A DNA stretch of 64,000 bases from Octopus sinensis (lineage: Eukaryota). A program made the translations under genes and the position numbers. Location of the stretch: assembly GCF_006345805.1 (NCBI RefSeq), contig NC_043011.1, positions 19,046,464-19,110,463 of the forward strand, given 5' to 3'. Positions within the stretch are counted from its first letter, which is position 1. Each line of letters starts with the position of its first letter. The notes under the pieces are model-generated. The model saw nothing but the letters and a program-made list of their open reading frames with translations. It was not told the DNA's origin and did not search any database. Shown here one piece after another: positions 14,801-25,714 of this stretch.

Positions 14801-15207
14801 CCATGGCCAGCATTATGTAGGAATCTCAAGACTCGGCAATCCTAATCATTTCTTTATTTATGCTCCAAAGGGTAAGACTAAAATGTAATGTATCGCGAGG
14901 TTATGCAAAATTGATAACAATCATCCATCAATCAATTTTTTCATGGTCACACATCGTCAATCCTCTCATCCTTCCATGTATCAAATAGTTCAACTTTGAT
15001 ATTTACCTTACCATTGCAATCAATCAATTTTATGATTCAACAGAATTGTCTGTCAGAATCTATCGCACGATACTATGTATTTACAAATTCATTTGTAATT
15101 CAAAATGGGAACTGAACAGGGAATGCGATAGGACATGAAACAGTGTAATGGCAACGGGAGCTGGAAATGCTCCCCGCTTTTCCGAGTATTATCGGGTAAC
15201 TAAGCTA

Positions 15208-15208
<1 letters not shown>
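11810..15208 (+). mobile_element. Decayed Helitron with Rep/PIF1-helicase pseudogene and an intact-looking 3' terminus
   Basis: Translated fragments: MTSFGA..PKYAQVFF; EIDNRWIVAYNPLLSKTFDVHPNVE..IKYVCKYVNNG (Rep tyrosine motif); FFLDAPG*TGNTF (Walker A); ADFRQTLPV; YPTE.LNSLAPTGFPPH; PRILLICSDMPFE; CFSHGQHYVGISR. The 3' end has the hairpin ccga-gtatta-tcgg followed by CTAG at 15205-15208. Many stops and frameshifts; the 5' boundary is approximate. Confidence 0.9.
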
Positions 15209-15238
<30 letters not shown>

Positions 15239-15239
<1 letters not shown>

Positions 15240-15758
15240 TTTATTTTAAGCAGCAGAAAATTCAACAAAATGTGTTACTCTGAGTTTCTCGTTGCCGTTC
15301 ATCAGACAGTTTTTGCTAGAATGGAACCGATATATCAATTCAATCTAGACTCTTACAAACGCTACACCTTTAAAAAGAAATTAACTTGTTTGATTGGCCC
15401 TTTAGAAAAAAACGGTCAATCTTCGAGCGATAAACAAAAAGGTCAAAAATATATGTATGTATATATAAAACAAATTATAAAAAATTATGAAATCCGAGGA
15501 AAAAACCTTACATTGAATAAAATACATATTGACGTTAATGAAGAAAGTATAAATTAATTCATAGAAATTAAACCTGTTATAAATATGACACTGCAATACA
15601 TATTTATATTAAAATGTGCATATATATATCAACATACACAAAAGGATGCGCGCAAACGCCATACATATACAGACGTATGAATATAAATCTAAATATACAC
15701 ATAAATGCATGTGTACATATATTCACGCAAACCATCTCGCACGCAAGTTAAAAATCAT
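15239..15758 (-). repeat. Inverted 5' pseudo-LTR arm (pairs with 18168-18687)
   Basis: Near-identical reverse complement with a few substitutions. The mirror-image ORFs 15270+/18369- and 15402-/18330+ confirm it. Confidence 0.95.
15266..15315 (-). ncRNA. Minimal type I hammerhead ribozyme (inverted pLTR copy)
   Basis: Reverse complement of the 18611-18660 motif, with one extra mismatch in stem I. Confidence 0.7.
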
Positions 15759-17528
15759 AAGGACGTTTATAAGCGCCTGATTTCGAATAGTGTCACAGAC
15801 ACATACAAAAAAGACAACACGAATATATACAAAGAGGTGAGCTTAGAAGCAAGAGGAATAGCTAACGATCTTAAGATTAGCGATAGGATTGAATATCTTT
15901 CACCACGACCAGCTTTTATTACTCTGAAAGAACATAAAGCCAATTTTAGTAGAAACCCCAAATGTAGATTGATAAATCCGGCTAAAACTGAGATAGGAAT
16001 TATTAGAAAAAATATTTTGGACCGTATTTTAGTTAAGTTAGATAGTGAAGTAGACTTGAGAATTTGGAAGAATAGTAAGTCAGTCATAGAGTGGTTTAAA
16101 GGTGTTAGCGATAAAAATAATTGTAGTTTCACACAATTCGACATTATTGACTTTTACCCGTCAATATCTAGGACGTTGCTCCTAAGGGCATTGGACTTCG
16201 CCAAGCAGTATGTCAACATCGATAGCTCGGAAATTGATATTATTATGCATGCGAGGAAATCGCTTCTTTTTTTCAAGGATTCCACCTGGATTAAGAAGAC
16301 TGAGGATTCTCTTTTCGATGTACCGATGGGGGCATACGACGGGGCGGAGTTATGTATGCTCATAGGAGCCTTTATTCTCCATAATCTAAAAATAGAATTC
16401 CCTTTTATAGATGCAGGTTTATATAGGGATGACGGCCTTATAGCCACGCATAATCTAAACGGCCATGAATCAGATAGACTTAGGAAGGACCTCATAGCTT
16501 TCTTTCAAAGGATGGGCTTACGGGTTACGATAGATGCTAAACTGAATAGTGTAGATTTTTTAGACGTAAATTTTAATGTAAGATCGGATAGATTTAAACC
16601 TTTCCCTAAGCCCAATGAAAAGCTATCGTATATTAGCAAAGATTCGAACCATCCACCAGTTATCCTTAGGAACTTAGTCAGCAATGTAGGTAGAAGGATA
16701 TCTTCAATTTCTTCGGACGAGGCAGCATTCCATAATGCTGCACCTTATTACGATAGTGCATTAAAGAATAGTGGATTCTCTGAGAAGATCCAGTTCAACC
16801 AGCTTAATGCTGATAATAATGCTGCACGAAGAACTAGGACCAGGAAAGTTTTGTGGTCCAACGCGGCTTTCAATTTGGCCGTAAAGACTAATATAGGTAA
16901 GGAATTTTTGAGATTAGCCTCTAAGCATTTTAAGCAGGGTCATACATTCTATAGGAGATTTAATAGAAGAACCCTGAAGGTTAGCTATTCCTGTTGCAGA
17001 AATTTCGCCTCTTACATTAGCCAACATAATAGGAAGCTAATTGAGATTAGACATGGTGCCGAGCCCATTAAGAAATGCAATTGCAAAAACGAAAGCTCCT
17101 GTCCGTTAGAAGGGAAATGTCTAGTGAAAGGAGTAGTTTATAGAGCCAAGGTGCAAGTGGAAGGCTCATCGGAATACAAGGCATACACAGGGGCTTCAGA
17201 AAATTCATTTAAAACAAGATTTTATTCTCATAAAAATTCATTTAAATACCCAGAGAATAGGAAGAGGACCAGCCTAGCAAAATATGTCTGGGAACTAAAA
17301 GAAAAGGAAGCCTCACCTTTCAACCTGACATGGAGCATTCTGGACAGGGCGGCACCATACAGGCATGGAGCATACAAAAATAATTTCAAGTGCAAACTTT
17401 GTCTATTAGAAAAAATGTACATCTTATTCAAAGACAATAATTCTTTGAATCAAAGAAGTGAGCTAATGAACTTATGTAGGCACGCGACTAAATTTAAAAT
17501 GTCGAATATAAATATACCATATGGATAG
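15705..17528 (+). CDS. PLE reverse transcriptase with C-terminal GIY-YIG endonuclease (607 aa; the first ~18 aa come from the inverted pLTR)
   Basis: RT motifs: AFITLKEHK..PKCRLINP, QFDIIDFYPSI, VPMGAYDGAELC, GLYRDDGL, VDFLDV, SNHPP. Linker CNCKNESSCPLEGKC. Endonuclease GVVY..AYTG..FKTRFYSH..CKLCLLEK..LNQRSE..CRH. No internal stops. Confidence 0.93.
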   Translation: MHVYIYSRKPSRTQVKNHKDVYKRLISNSVTDTYKKDNTNIYKEVSLEARGIANDLKISDRIEYLSPRPAFITLKEHKANFSRNPKCRLINPAKTEIGIIRKNILDRILVKLDSEVDLRIWKNSKSVIEWFKGVSDKNNCSFTQFDIIDFYPSISRTLLLRALDFAKQYVNIDSSEIDIIMHARKSLLFFKDSTWIKKTEDSLFDVPMGAYDGAELCMLIGAFILHNLKIEFPFIDAGLYRDDGLIATHNLNGHESDRLRKDLIAFFQRMGLRVTIDAKLNSVDFLDVNFNVRSDRFKPFPKPNEKLSYISKDSNHPPVILRNLVSNVGRRISSISSDEAAFHNAAPYYDSALKNSGFSEKIQFNQLNADNNAARRTRTRKVLWSNAAFNLAVKTNIGKEFLRLASKHFKQGHTFYRRFNRRTLKVSYSCCRNFASYISQHNRKLIEIRHGAEPIKKCNCKNESSCPLEGKCLVKGVVYRAKVQVEGSSEYKAYTGASENSFKTRFYSHKNSFKYPENRKRTSLAKYVWELKEKEASPFNLTWSILDRAAPYRHGAYKNNFKCKLCLLEKMYILFKDNNSLNQRSELMNLCRHATKFKMSNINIPYG

Positions 17529-18610
17529 AGTATATACTTTGTATTTTTGATTTTTGAAATTTTGATTTTGACTCTGAACGATGAGCGCTACGATGGATTT
17601 TGTTTCCAAGCTATGCGGATCTTAATCCGTATAGCAAAGTCTTATGTTTCTACATATACATCAGGAAAAACCTTCGACTTTGTTTTCATGTTATTGTATT
17701 GTATAGGATAACCTTGATCATTTATATTACCTTGATTATTTATAAATGATCCAAAATAGGGTGTTATATTTTATTTTATATGTCTTTCGTATATATTTTT
17801 ATTAATGCACCCATTCTTTTAAAAGAAAGCAATGTTTTTTTTTAAAAAAGCAATGTTGTCAAAATTAGAATGTTGATGTAAGTATGTGTATAGCCGAGGA
17901 TATATATTTGTAAGCATGCGTATCTGTGTATGTGTAAGTGAGAGTATGTTTGTGCTTAAGCACACATATACACGACTGTATGTGTATGTATCCATTCGAA
18001 CTTGTGTTTGTATACTTGTCTCCATATATGCCAATAATGCCGTTACGCATCTTGTATACATAATTTTTTCTTATTTCGTTTTTTCCCCACCCCTCCTTCG
18101 TTCCTTTTTCTCTCTCTTCTTTTCTTTCGTTCCCCCCCTTACTCAGTATATGAGAATCGCTACATAGATGATTTTTAACTTGCGTGCGAGATGGTTTGCG
18201 TGAATATATGTACACATGCATTTATGTGTATATTTAGATTTATATTCATACGTCTGTATATGTATGGCGTTTGCGCGCATCCTTTTGTGTATGTTGATAT
18301 ATATATGCGCATTTTAATATAAATATGTATTGCAGTGTAATATTTATAACAGGTTTAATTTCTATGAATTAATTTATACTTTCTTCATTAACGTCAATAT
18401 GTATTTTATTCAATGTAAGGTTTTTTCCTCGGATTTTATAATTTTTTATAAGTTTTTTTATATATATATACATATATTTTTGACCTTTTTGTTTATCGCT
18501 CGAAGATTGGCCGTTTTTTTCTAAAGGGCCAATCAAACAAGTCCATTTCTTTTTAAAGGTGTAGCGTTTGTAAGAGTCTAGATTGAATTGATATATCGGT
18601 TCCATTCTAG

Positions 18611-18660
18611 CAAAAACTGTCTGATGAACGGCAACGAGAAACTCAGAGTAACAGATTTTG
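18611..18660 (+). ncRNA. Minimal type I hammerhead ribozyme in the PLE pLTR
   Basis: caaaaactgt-CTGATGA-a cg gcaa cg a-GAAA-ctc a gag-TA-acagattttg: complete core, stem I ctgt/acag, quasi-palindromic stem III. Predicted cleavage after GUA at 18650. Confidence 0.82.
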
Positions 18661-18756
18661 TTGAATTTTCTGCTGCTTAAAATAAAGCATATTACTCTAC
18701 CACTGGTACTTGAGTACTCTTTTTTCCACCTTGTTTCACATTTATGTGTTTACTCC

Positions 18757-18817
<61 letters not shown>

Positions 18818-18949
18818 TGAGAGAGAGAGAGAGAGAAACACATTAAGTTATCTCCTGAATGAAATATTAATAGCCACATTTTATGATATATGTGGAATTT
18901 ACCAAAAAAACTTTATTGCTTATGGAGAGGCCATTTTAAGGGGGAGTTG

Positions 18950-19435
18950 TAAGCAAGTGGTGAGGTTGTCTTCATACTACGAATTCCGCTGATTTCTCCT
19001 GACATGCAATTTGAGTTCAAGTGACTGCAATTTTACTATAAAACTGAGTTTTGCAATAACCATAAACAAGGCCCAGGGACAGTCGTTGGAGGTGGTCGTC
19101 CTAGAGCTTGCAGGACTTGTTTTTTTTCCATGACCAGCTGTATGTAGAATGCTGAAGAGTTCGTAATCCAAATCAATTGTTTAGTTACTCTCTAGAGGGT
19201 AAGACCAAAATTGTAGTATATCAAGAGGCTATGCAAAATTGATAATAATCAAACATGAATCAATTGTTTCATAGTAAGCGCATCCTCAATTCTCTCATCC
19301 TTCCAACCATCCAAAAATTCAATTTTGATATTACCCTACCAGTTCAAGGAATCAATTCTATGATTCAACGGAATTGCTTGGCAGTATTTGTAAATCTAAC
19401 TCATGTCACTGTGTATTTGTAAATCTATTTGTAAA
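18950..19435 (+). mobile_element. Second Helitron fragment (helicase C-terminus plus 3' UTR)
   Basis: GEVVFILRIPLISPDMQFEFK*LQF..KLSFAITINKAQGQSL..HDQLYV..EGKTKIVVYQE. The downstream non-coding sequence is homologous to ~14905-15100. Confidence 0.85.
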
Positions 19436-19459
19436 ACGTATATATATATATATATATAT

Positions 19460-19665
19460 AACGGGAAGCTTTATGAAAATAGACAAAAGACGAAGGCAGG
19501 TGGAAAACAAACAAACAATTGTATTAGTATGGCGCTCAGGAAATATAAATAAAACAAGTCTTTAACGTTTCGAGCCTACGCTCTTCAACAGAAAGATACA
19601 CAGAGAGAAAAAAAACACAGAAAGAAGGAGAGAAAAAAATGCGTGCAGTAACTAACGAATCAACG
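19460..19665 (-). mobile_element. Solo pLTR-like fragment of another PLE family with an HHR-like motif (19559-19596)
   Basis: Minus strand: tcttt-CTGTTGA-a-gagc gtag gctc-GAAA cg TT-aaaga. Abuts (TA)n. Confidence 0.6.
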
Positions 19666-19899
19666 GCTTTTAATCATCGTGTAGGTTGTATCATCTGCTA
19701 TGAAATGTCTGAAAAAGAACATGTAGGAGATAGTAGATAACACCTCGGGACATTTGTCATTTTCATTCACCATTTTTGACAAAGATCATATATTTACGTC
19801 CTTGTTTTCTGGGGTTTTTTTGCGTGCATGTTTATGAGGAAAAGTTTGGGAAATTTTTTTCCTATTTCGAAACTTTTATAGCCGAGTAAAGATTTGACA

Positions 19900-20640
19900 T
19901 GGCGACGAAAATTGTGTAACAGCGGCTTTGGAACCACCTAGTGACTATTGCTAACAACATGAATATACTTGGGAACACGATCAGTTATTCAGCGCCGGGA
20001 AATAAATTTAAGAATTACCAAATGTAATACTTCAATGTACGTAGTACTTTAGGTTTGATCTTTTTTAGACATTATGATCAATTACAGTTACCTTTAATAG
20101 TTTTATTTGAAAGCATTTTGGCCATTAAGGTTCCTATGCTCTGTGACCCTTTCGATTGTCGGTTTTACATATTCCAATAAATCCTTAGATACATGTTGTA
20201 AGAAATTTCTCTATTTCCCTGAAATACTGCGTGGAAGATTCATGCATTCCACATGTGTCCCAAGTGTCTATTTTATCTAGAAAAAGCGATGCAATTGTTT
20301 TTTTCGCCGTTTTGCTCTTCCTACAAATATAATGATCCGTTTGTATTTAATATTTTTTTTTCTGTTTAATTCCATTTACTAAATATTTCCCTCCGGCACA
20401 GTAATCTATCTATATTCCTGTTGGCACTCCATTGATTTCCGTTTTAGTTTTATCTGGCCGAGAATAAAATCGTGTTTGGTTTAGAGAACTGTTTGTTTTC
20501 TCAAGATAAATATTTTCGATTTCAATAAGAACGGATTCTGAGGGATTTAGCGAGGATATCTTGTTTCTGGCATTCTTGGATTTCCAGCAAATCTTTGTCA
20601 TGTATGTTTTCCTTTACTGCCATTTCCTTTATTACTCCAT
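19900..20640 (-). pseudogene. Highly decayed non-LTR retrotransposon RT fragment
   Basis: ISSLNPSESVLIEIENIYLEKTNSSLNQTRF resembles RPISLL..K..E.I...LE.N..L..Q.GF. Downstream IASLFLD..DTWDT resembles RT motif A. Very degenerate. Confidence 0.35.
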
Positions 20641-20650
20641 GATGGCTGAG

Positions 20651-20682
<32 letters not shown>

Positions 20683-21639
20683 CATATATAAATGCATGTA
20701 CCTATATCTATATGCATATATATGTGGTTGCACACGCGTATATGGATAGATCATATTTTTATGTTTGTTATCAATCTTACATTATTGTGATGAATGACAG
20801 TGGGGGCTTCATTCATTTGCTTTGTGATTACTGACTAATAAAAAGATTATTGCATGTGGTCCACGGATACGTATGCGTTGTTTTCTATCACCATAGTAAC
20901 ATGGTTATCACCTATGTTTGTCATTCCAGCGCCATTGTCATATTGTATTATTAAGATTGAATTACTTTCGTGCGTCGTAAAATACGTATTGATTTTTTTA
21001 TTTTAGAAATATTTCCCTCTTAAATTTATTGTTTCATTAAACTTTACACCTTAAGAATATTCTGTTTTGAAATCTTTGAGACATTCAAATGTATCCATAT
21101 TTTCGTTCTCCAGTTTTGGATAAAATTTCATTTATTTTCTTTATTTTACGCAGCATCGATGTAAAGTTGTGAATGTTTTGGAATTTCTGTTCTGCCTTTC
21201 TTTTAATATACCCTTCTTTGGTTTCAGACGTCAATGTCTTATCATATTCTGTTGTTTGTTTTTGTCTTACAATCATTATTTACTTTATTTTTTTCTTTGA
21301 CACTCAGTTTTGTTCTACAAATATATCTTTTCAATTTAGTAACATAACACATATCCTATTCGAAACTTATTTTCTTTCCTTTAGTTCAAAGATATGTTCA
21401 TACATATTACGCCTGCGTTGAGACTGACCACACTTTAGAATGTATGGCTAAATTACATTCCCGTTGCATACAAAATTTAAGAAAGCACCTTGTATATTAC
21501 ATTTATATATTTTCTGCTTTATAACAGGACCCTAAAAATGTTCAACCCATTTCTATATTTCGACAAACAACATTGTAATCGGGTGCAGGCCTAATATATT
21601 TTTAACGATACGTAATTTTGAAAACTTCGATATTGGATC

Positions 21640-21748
<109 letters not shown>

Positions 21749-22359
21749 TATATATAAGTCTAACATGCATAATCCCGTTTAAAATTCAATCTAATGATAT
21801 GGATTTTCTTTTCATTTTGCTAAGAGATTGGTTTGGGAAATGTCTGTCAGAAATTCATCCTTCTTGTCAGTATCACTACTGAGAAAATACGCTGAACGAG
21901 TCCTGGCTTTGGCCGTCCTGACTTTGTGATGTGATGTGTGACAAGTTAATTCAATATTTCAAATTATATCTAAGTTGCTGTTATGCGAGAAGTATTTGGC
22001 AGTTGTTCCTAGTAGATGGAGAATTGTATTATATGTTTCTTTATTGTTTTTGTTGTGTCATTGGGCATTATTCCCATTCGAAGTCTAGGACTATTATAGC
22101 TAATCCAACAATTAACTAAAGTCATGTGACAAAATTGAAGGCAATGTTAATGCGTTCAATATACAAAGACCCTTTGACATATTCTTCATTTGGTTTTCAT
22201 TGCTTTTACTACTATATTACCTAATTTAATGCAATTACGTAATTTTAAATAGCAATTAAATACTGATGTCAGTTATTTAATCATCAGTAACATCTTCGCC
22301 AGAGATTTCAGATTACCTCTTTAAAATATTTGCTATTGAACACAGTGCAGCAACAGCAA

Positions 22360-22628
22360 ACCGGGCGTTGTGTGTGTTTATTCAGCGAAAACACCTAAAG
22401 CTCCACGAGGCTCCGGTAGGGGGTGGTGGCGACCCCTGTTGTACTCTTTCGCTCCAACTTTCTCTCACTCTTTCTACCTGCTTCTTGTCCCTGACTTCCT
22501 ATGCAACCGCTGAACCTGGATGCACATTCATCCGTCCGTCGATGTTCTCGGTGTAGGGGATTGACCTGCTTTCTCTTCTGCGGGTCTTACGAATAGCAGA
22601 GGACCACGTTTCAGACTTCTCCCACTAA
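22360..22628 (+). mobile_element. SINE-related repeat (shares accgggcgttgtg..aaaacacctaaagctccacga with 49085-49358)
   Basis: Internal homology to the tRNA-headed element at 49085-49358. Confidence 0.6.
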
Positions 22629-22721
22629 TGGGACGAAGAACGCTTCGCTCAACAAACACACAAACAAACGAACAAGCAGCAACATCAACAACAACTGAAG
22701 CACCAACAGCAGCAGCACCAA

Positions 22722-22722
22722 C

Positions 22723-22775
<53 letters not shown>

Positions 22776-22816
22776 CAGCAGGAGGAGGAGGAGAAGGAGC
22801 AGTAGTAGTAGTAGTT
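22722..22816. repeat. (TAG)n/(GGA)n microsatellite
   Basis: Directly visible. Confidence 0.9.
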
Positions 22817-23794
22817 GTTGTTTTTGCCGTTGCTGAATTTAGAAAAAAGGAGCTCAACTATGAGCTGTGCGTAATATAAGAATGGATTTCAGATCAAGGG
22901 CATATGACTTGAAATGCTTAAATGATGTACAACTCCCCTACTTACTAAAGCACTACTTCGAATAATAAACTACATATTATTTCATTTAACATTCTTCACT
23001 TCTGTATTACTACGATCATCATGAATACATAAGAAAAGGCAGTTAGACGTTAGGAAGTAAACTTGTCTCTTCCACAAACTGGGGACTTCAACATTTTTCA
23101 AAGTCAGTTATTCTTCAAACCCAAAGCAAAAGTTGTTATTGTTTTTAACAAAAAGAGATCGGTAACACAAGTAAAAGATTATGCGTAAAATTAGCAATTA
23201 AAAATTGCGAACGAATGCAGTCTGCAACCTACATGTTTCAAAATAATATTTGGTTTGGTGATTCTTAAATTCATACATCTACTGCAGGAATATATTCCCA
23301 TTTGCTACACTGGTGGGCCAATGGGTGAAATATATCCTGGCCTAGTTTAAGATCCAGCTTTCATGGTTCAAAATTGAAACGAAGTGTCATTCTAGGGTCA
23401 ACGGATTTTATAGCTATATCAGATTTCTCGTTGTTACTCTCTTATTCTTAACATTCACACATTATCGTCCCCTACTAACTGTAAAATGATACTTTAGTTA
23501 GCTTCAGACTATAATAATAGCAACACCATAAACACATCTGCATAGCCCCAAACCGAGATGAACAATCTGGATGGAAATATTAAACACATTCCGAGATATC
23601 AATGCAGCAGAATTATATGTGGTGACATATTTAAATTAAATAAGCTATGTAACTGACTGTGATAATAAAAAGTGTGGGCAGATGTATATGTGTGTCTATG
23701 GGTGTGTAGTTTGTGTTTGTGTGAGTGTGTGTTTCTGTGTGTGGGGGGATTGATTGGTTGCGTGCTTGCGCGCGCATGTATGTATATGTGTAAA

Positions 23795-24085
23795 AGATCG
23801 CGGCTAAGTGGTTAGGGGTAGTCAGCACATTAATGTAAGTTCATGAGTTTGATTCTCGGTTGTACGTGTTGTCCTTGCGTAAGACACTTTATTTCACGCT
23901 GCTTTTATGCGGTCTTGTTGCAAAAGTTAGTTGTACCACTAATTGAAAGGGCCAATCTTGTCACAATCTATGTCACCATGAATCTCCGTGAGAATTATGT
24001 TAAGAGCACACTTGTCTGTTAATTGCGCAGTCATTCGTCCGTTAAATTCAATAAGTATTTCCGCTAATGTGATCAATTGGAAACC
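23795..24085 (+). mobile_element. tRNA-derived SINE, decayed (same family as 39383 and 43940)
   Basis: A-box-like gcggctaagtggttagg, B-box-like gagtttgattc, CORE-like tgtccttg.gtaagacactttatttcacg. Confidence 0.6.
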
Positions 24086-24684
24086 GCATAATATATTTGC
24101 TTGACATATTTTGCAATTACTCTGCCGTAAAAATCTACTTGAGGTTTGGTTTTCAGTTTCACAGACGGTATAATTCGGTCTGACAAGAACAGTTTGGTGG
24201 AGGAGAAAGATTTCAAGTCTTGCACTAATCTATACATACACGACGCCGAAAGGGACCCCTGTGATTTGAAATTTGAATGTAAAAGATCGAAAGAAAATAC
24301 TGTTACCCATTTTGTCTGTCATTCAAATATTTCTGTCAATCCACAGCACCTGACTGACCAAATATAACATGACTGATATAGCATACTTAATTGTAATGAA
24401 TCTAATATCTAACTTATGGAAATAAAGCTGCGATTTAGCGCATATTTATTTCAAATTAGAATCACTTCTTACTTACTATTCACTATTTCTATTTGTTTCT
24501 ATTTATTAAAAAATATATCATTTTCCTAAATTATTCATCTACATAATATTTTAAACAAAAAACGTTAAATGAATTCATGATCATGTAAACTCGACATTGT
24601 TACATTCCTATCAAGAAATTTACTTCCCCACATTATTATATTCGTTGATATGTTAAACCTTCTTTGAAATGTCAGATTTTAAAT

Positions 24685-25312
24685 ATTGGTTTCAAATTTT
24701 GGTACAGTGCGAGAAATTTTCAGGAAGGTTTAAGACGAGTACATCGACCCTGGTGCTTAAGAGTACTATTTTGTCTACCTCGATATCGAAAGAATGAAAG
24801 GCAGAGTTGACCACGGTATAATTTGAAATCAGAATATACGGACCGGCGAAATGCTGCTAAGTATTTTGTCCAGCGTTCTAATGTATCCGATAGCTTGCCG
24901 CCTTGAAGATATCAAATGTTGCTTTCTAATTTTGGCACAAGACCATTCATTTCGAGGTGGGGAGTAAATGAATTGCATTAAAACTACTGCTCAGCTTGTA
25001 TTTATTCTATCGACTCTGGAAGAATAAAATGATAAGTGAGATACGGCGGAAATTGAATGATGCAAAACATTTTCCCCACCTTGTTAACGATTCTGCCGGC
25101 TCACCGCCATAAAGGAAACTAAGGAATATTCTTTTCTACTATAGGCGGGGAGCCTGAAATTTGAGGGGATGAGTATAGTCGAATTTATCGACCCCAATGT
25201 TCAACCGGCGCGTAAATTATCGACCTCAAATAGATTAAATTGAAAGTCGTTTGAACTCAGAACAAAATGCATCTAAGCATTTTATTCAACGTTCTAACGA
25301 TTCTGCACCCTT
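24685..25312 (-). mobile_element. Three tandem decayed copies of a ~200-bp tRNA-derived SINE
   Basis: Units at ~24685-24905, 24918-25110 and 25128-25312 share atcgacccc..gaaagg..tttgaactcagaa..gctaagcatttt..ctaacgattctgcc.gct.gccgcctt. Further copies at 26093-26293 and 61150-61512. Confidence 0.7.
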
Positions 25313-25432
25313 GAAAAGTCCATTTGTCATCAATTGTTGTCAACTTAACCGCTCTCTTCTTAAAACTACGTATTCATCACACATTTCTTTTCCTTCATTG
25401 GTGTTTTAAAAACCCCTTATTTGTATGTGCAC

Positions 25433-25597
25433 GTGTGTGCATTGTTTGTGAGTGTGTGTGTGTGTGCATTGTTTGTGAGTGTGTGTGTGTGTGTGTGTTT
25501 GTGTGTGAGTGTGTGTGTGTTTGTGTGGGTTTGTGTGTGTTTGTGTGTGTGTGAGTGTGTGTGTGTGTTTGTGAGTGTTTGTGTGTGTGTGTGTGTT

Positions 25598-25630
<33 letters not shown>

Positions 25631-25661
25631 GTGAGTGTGTGTGTGTGTGTTTGTGAGTGTT

Positions 25662-25692
<31 letters not shown>

Positions 25693-25708
25693 TGTGTGTG
25701 TGTGTTTG
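25433..25708. repeat. (GT)n-rich microsatellite
   Basis: Directly visible. Confidence 0.95.
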
Positions 25709-25714
25709 TGACTG

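Larger units (their letters stand above)
15239..18758 (+). mobile_element. Penelope-like retroelement (EN+, probably Hydra-type clade), 5'-truncated with an inverted pseudo-LTR, inserted in (TA)n
   Basis: RT + GIY-YIG ORF. 15239-15758 is the reverse complement of 18168-18687. A ~70-nt tail (18688-18758) is present only at the 3' end. (TA)n on both flanks and an HHR in both arms. Confidence 0.92.

Noticed and set aside
15767-17437. Antisense ORFs inside the PLE ORF
   Set aside because: Shadow frames of the RT gene with no recognisable motifs.
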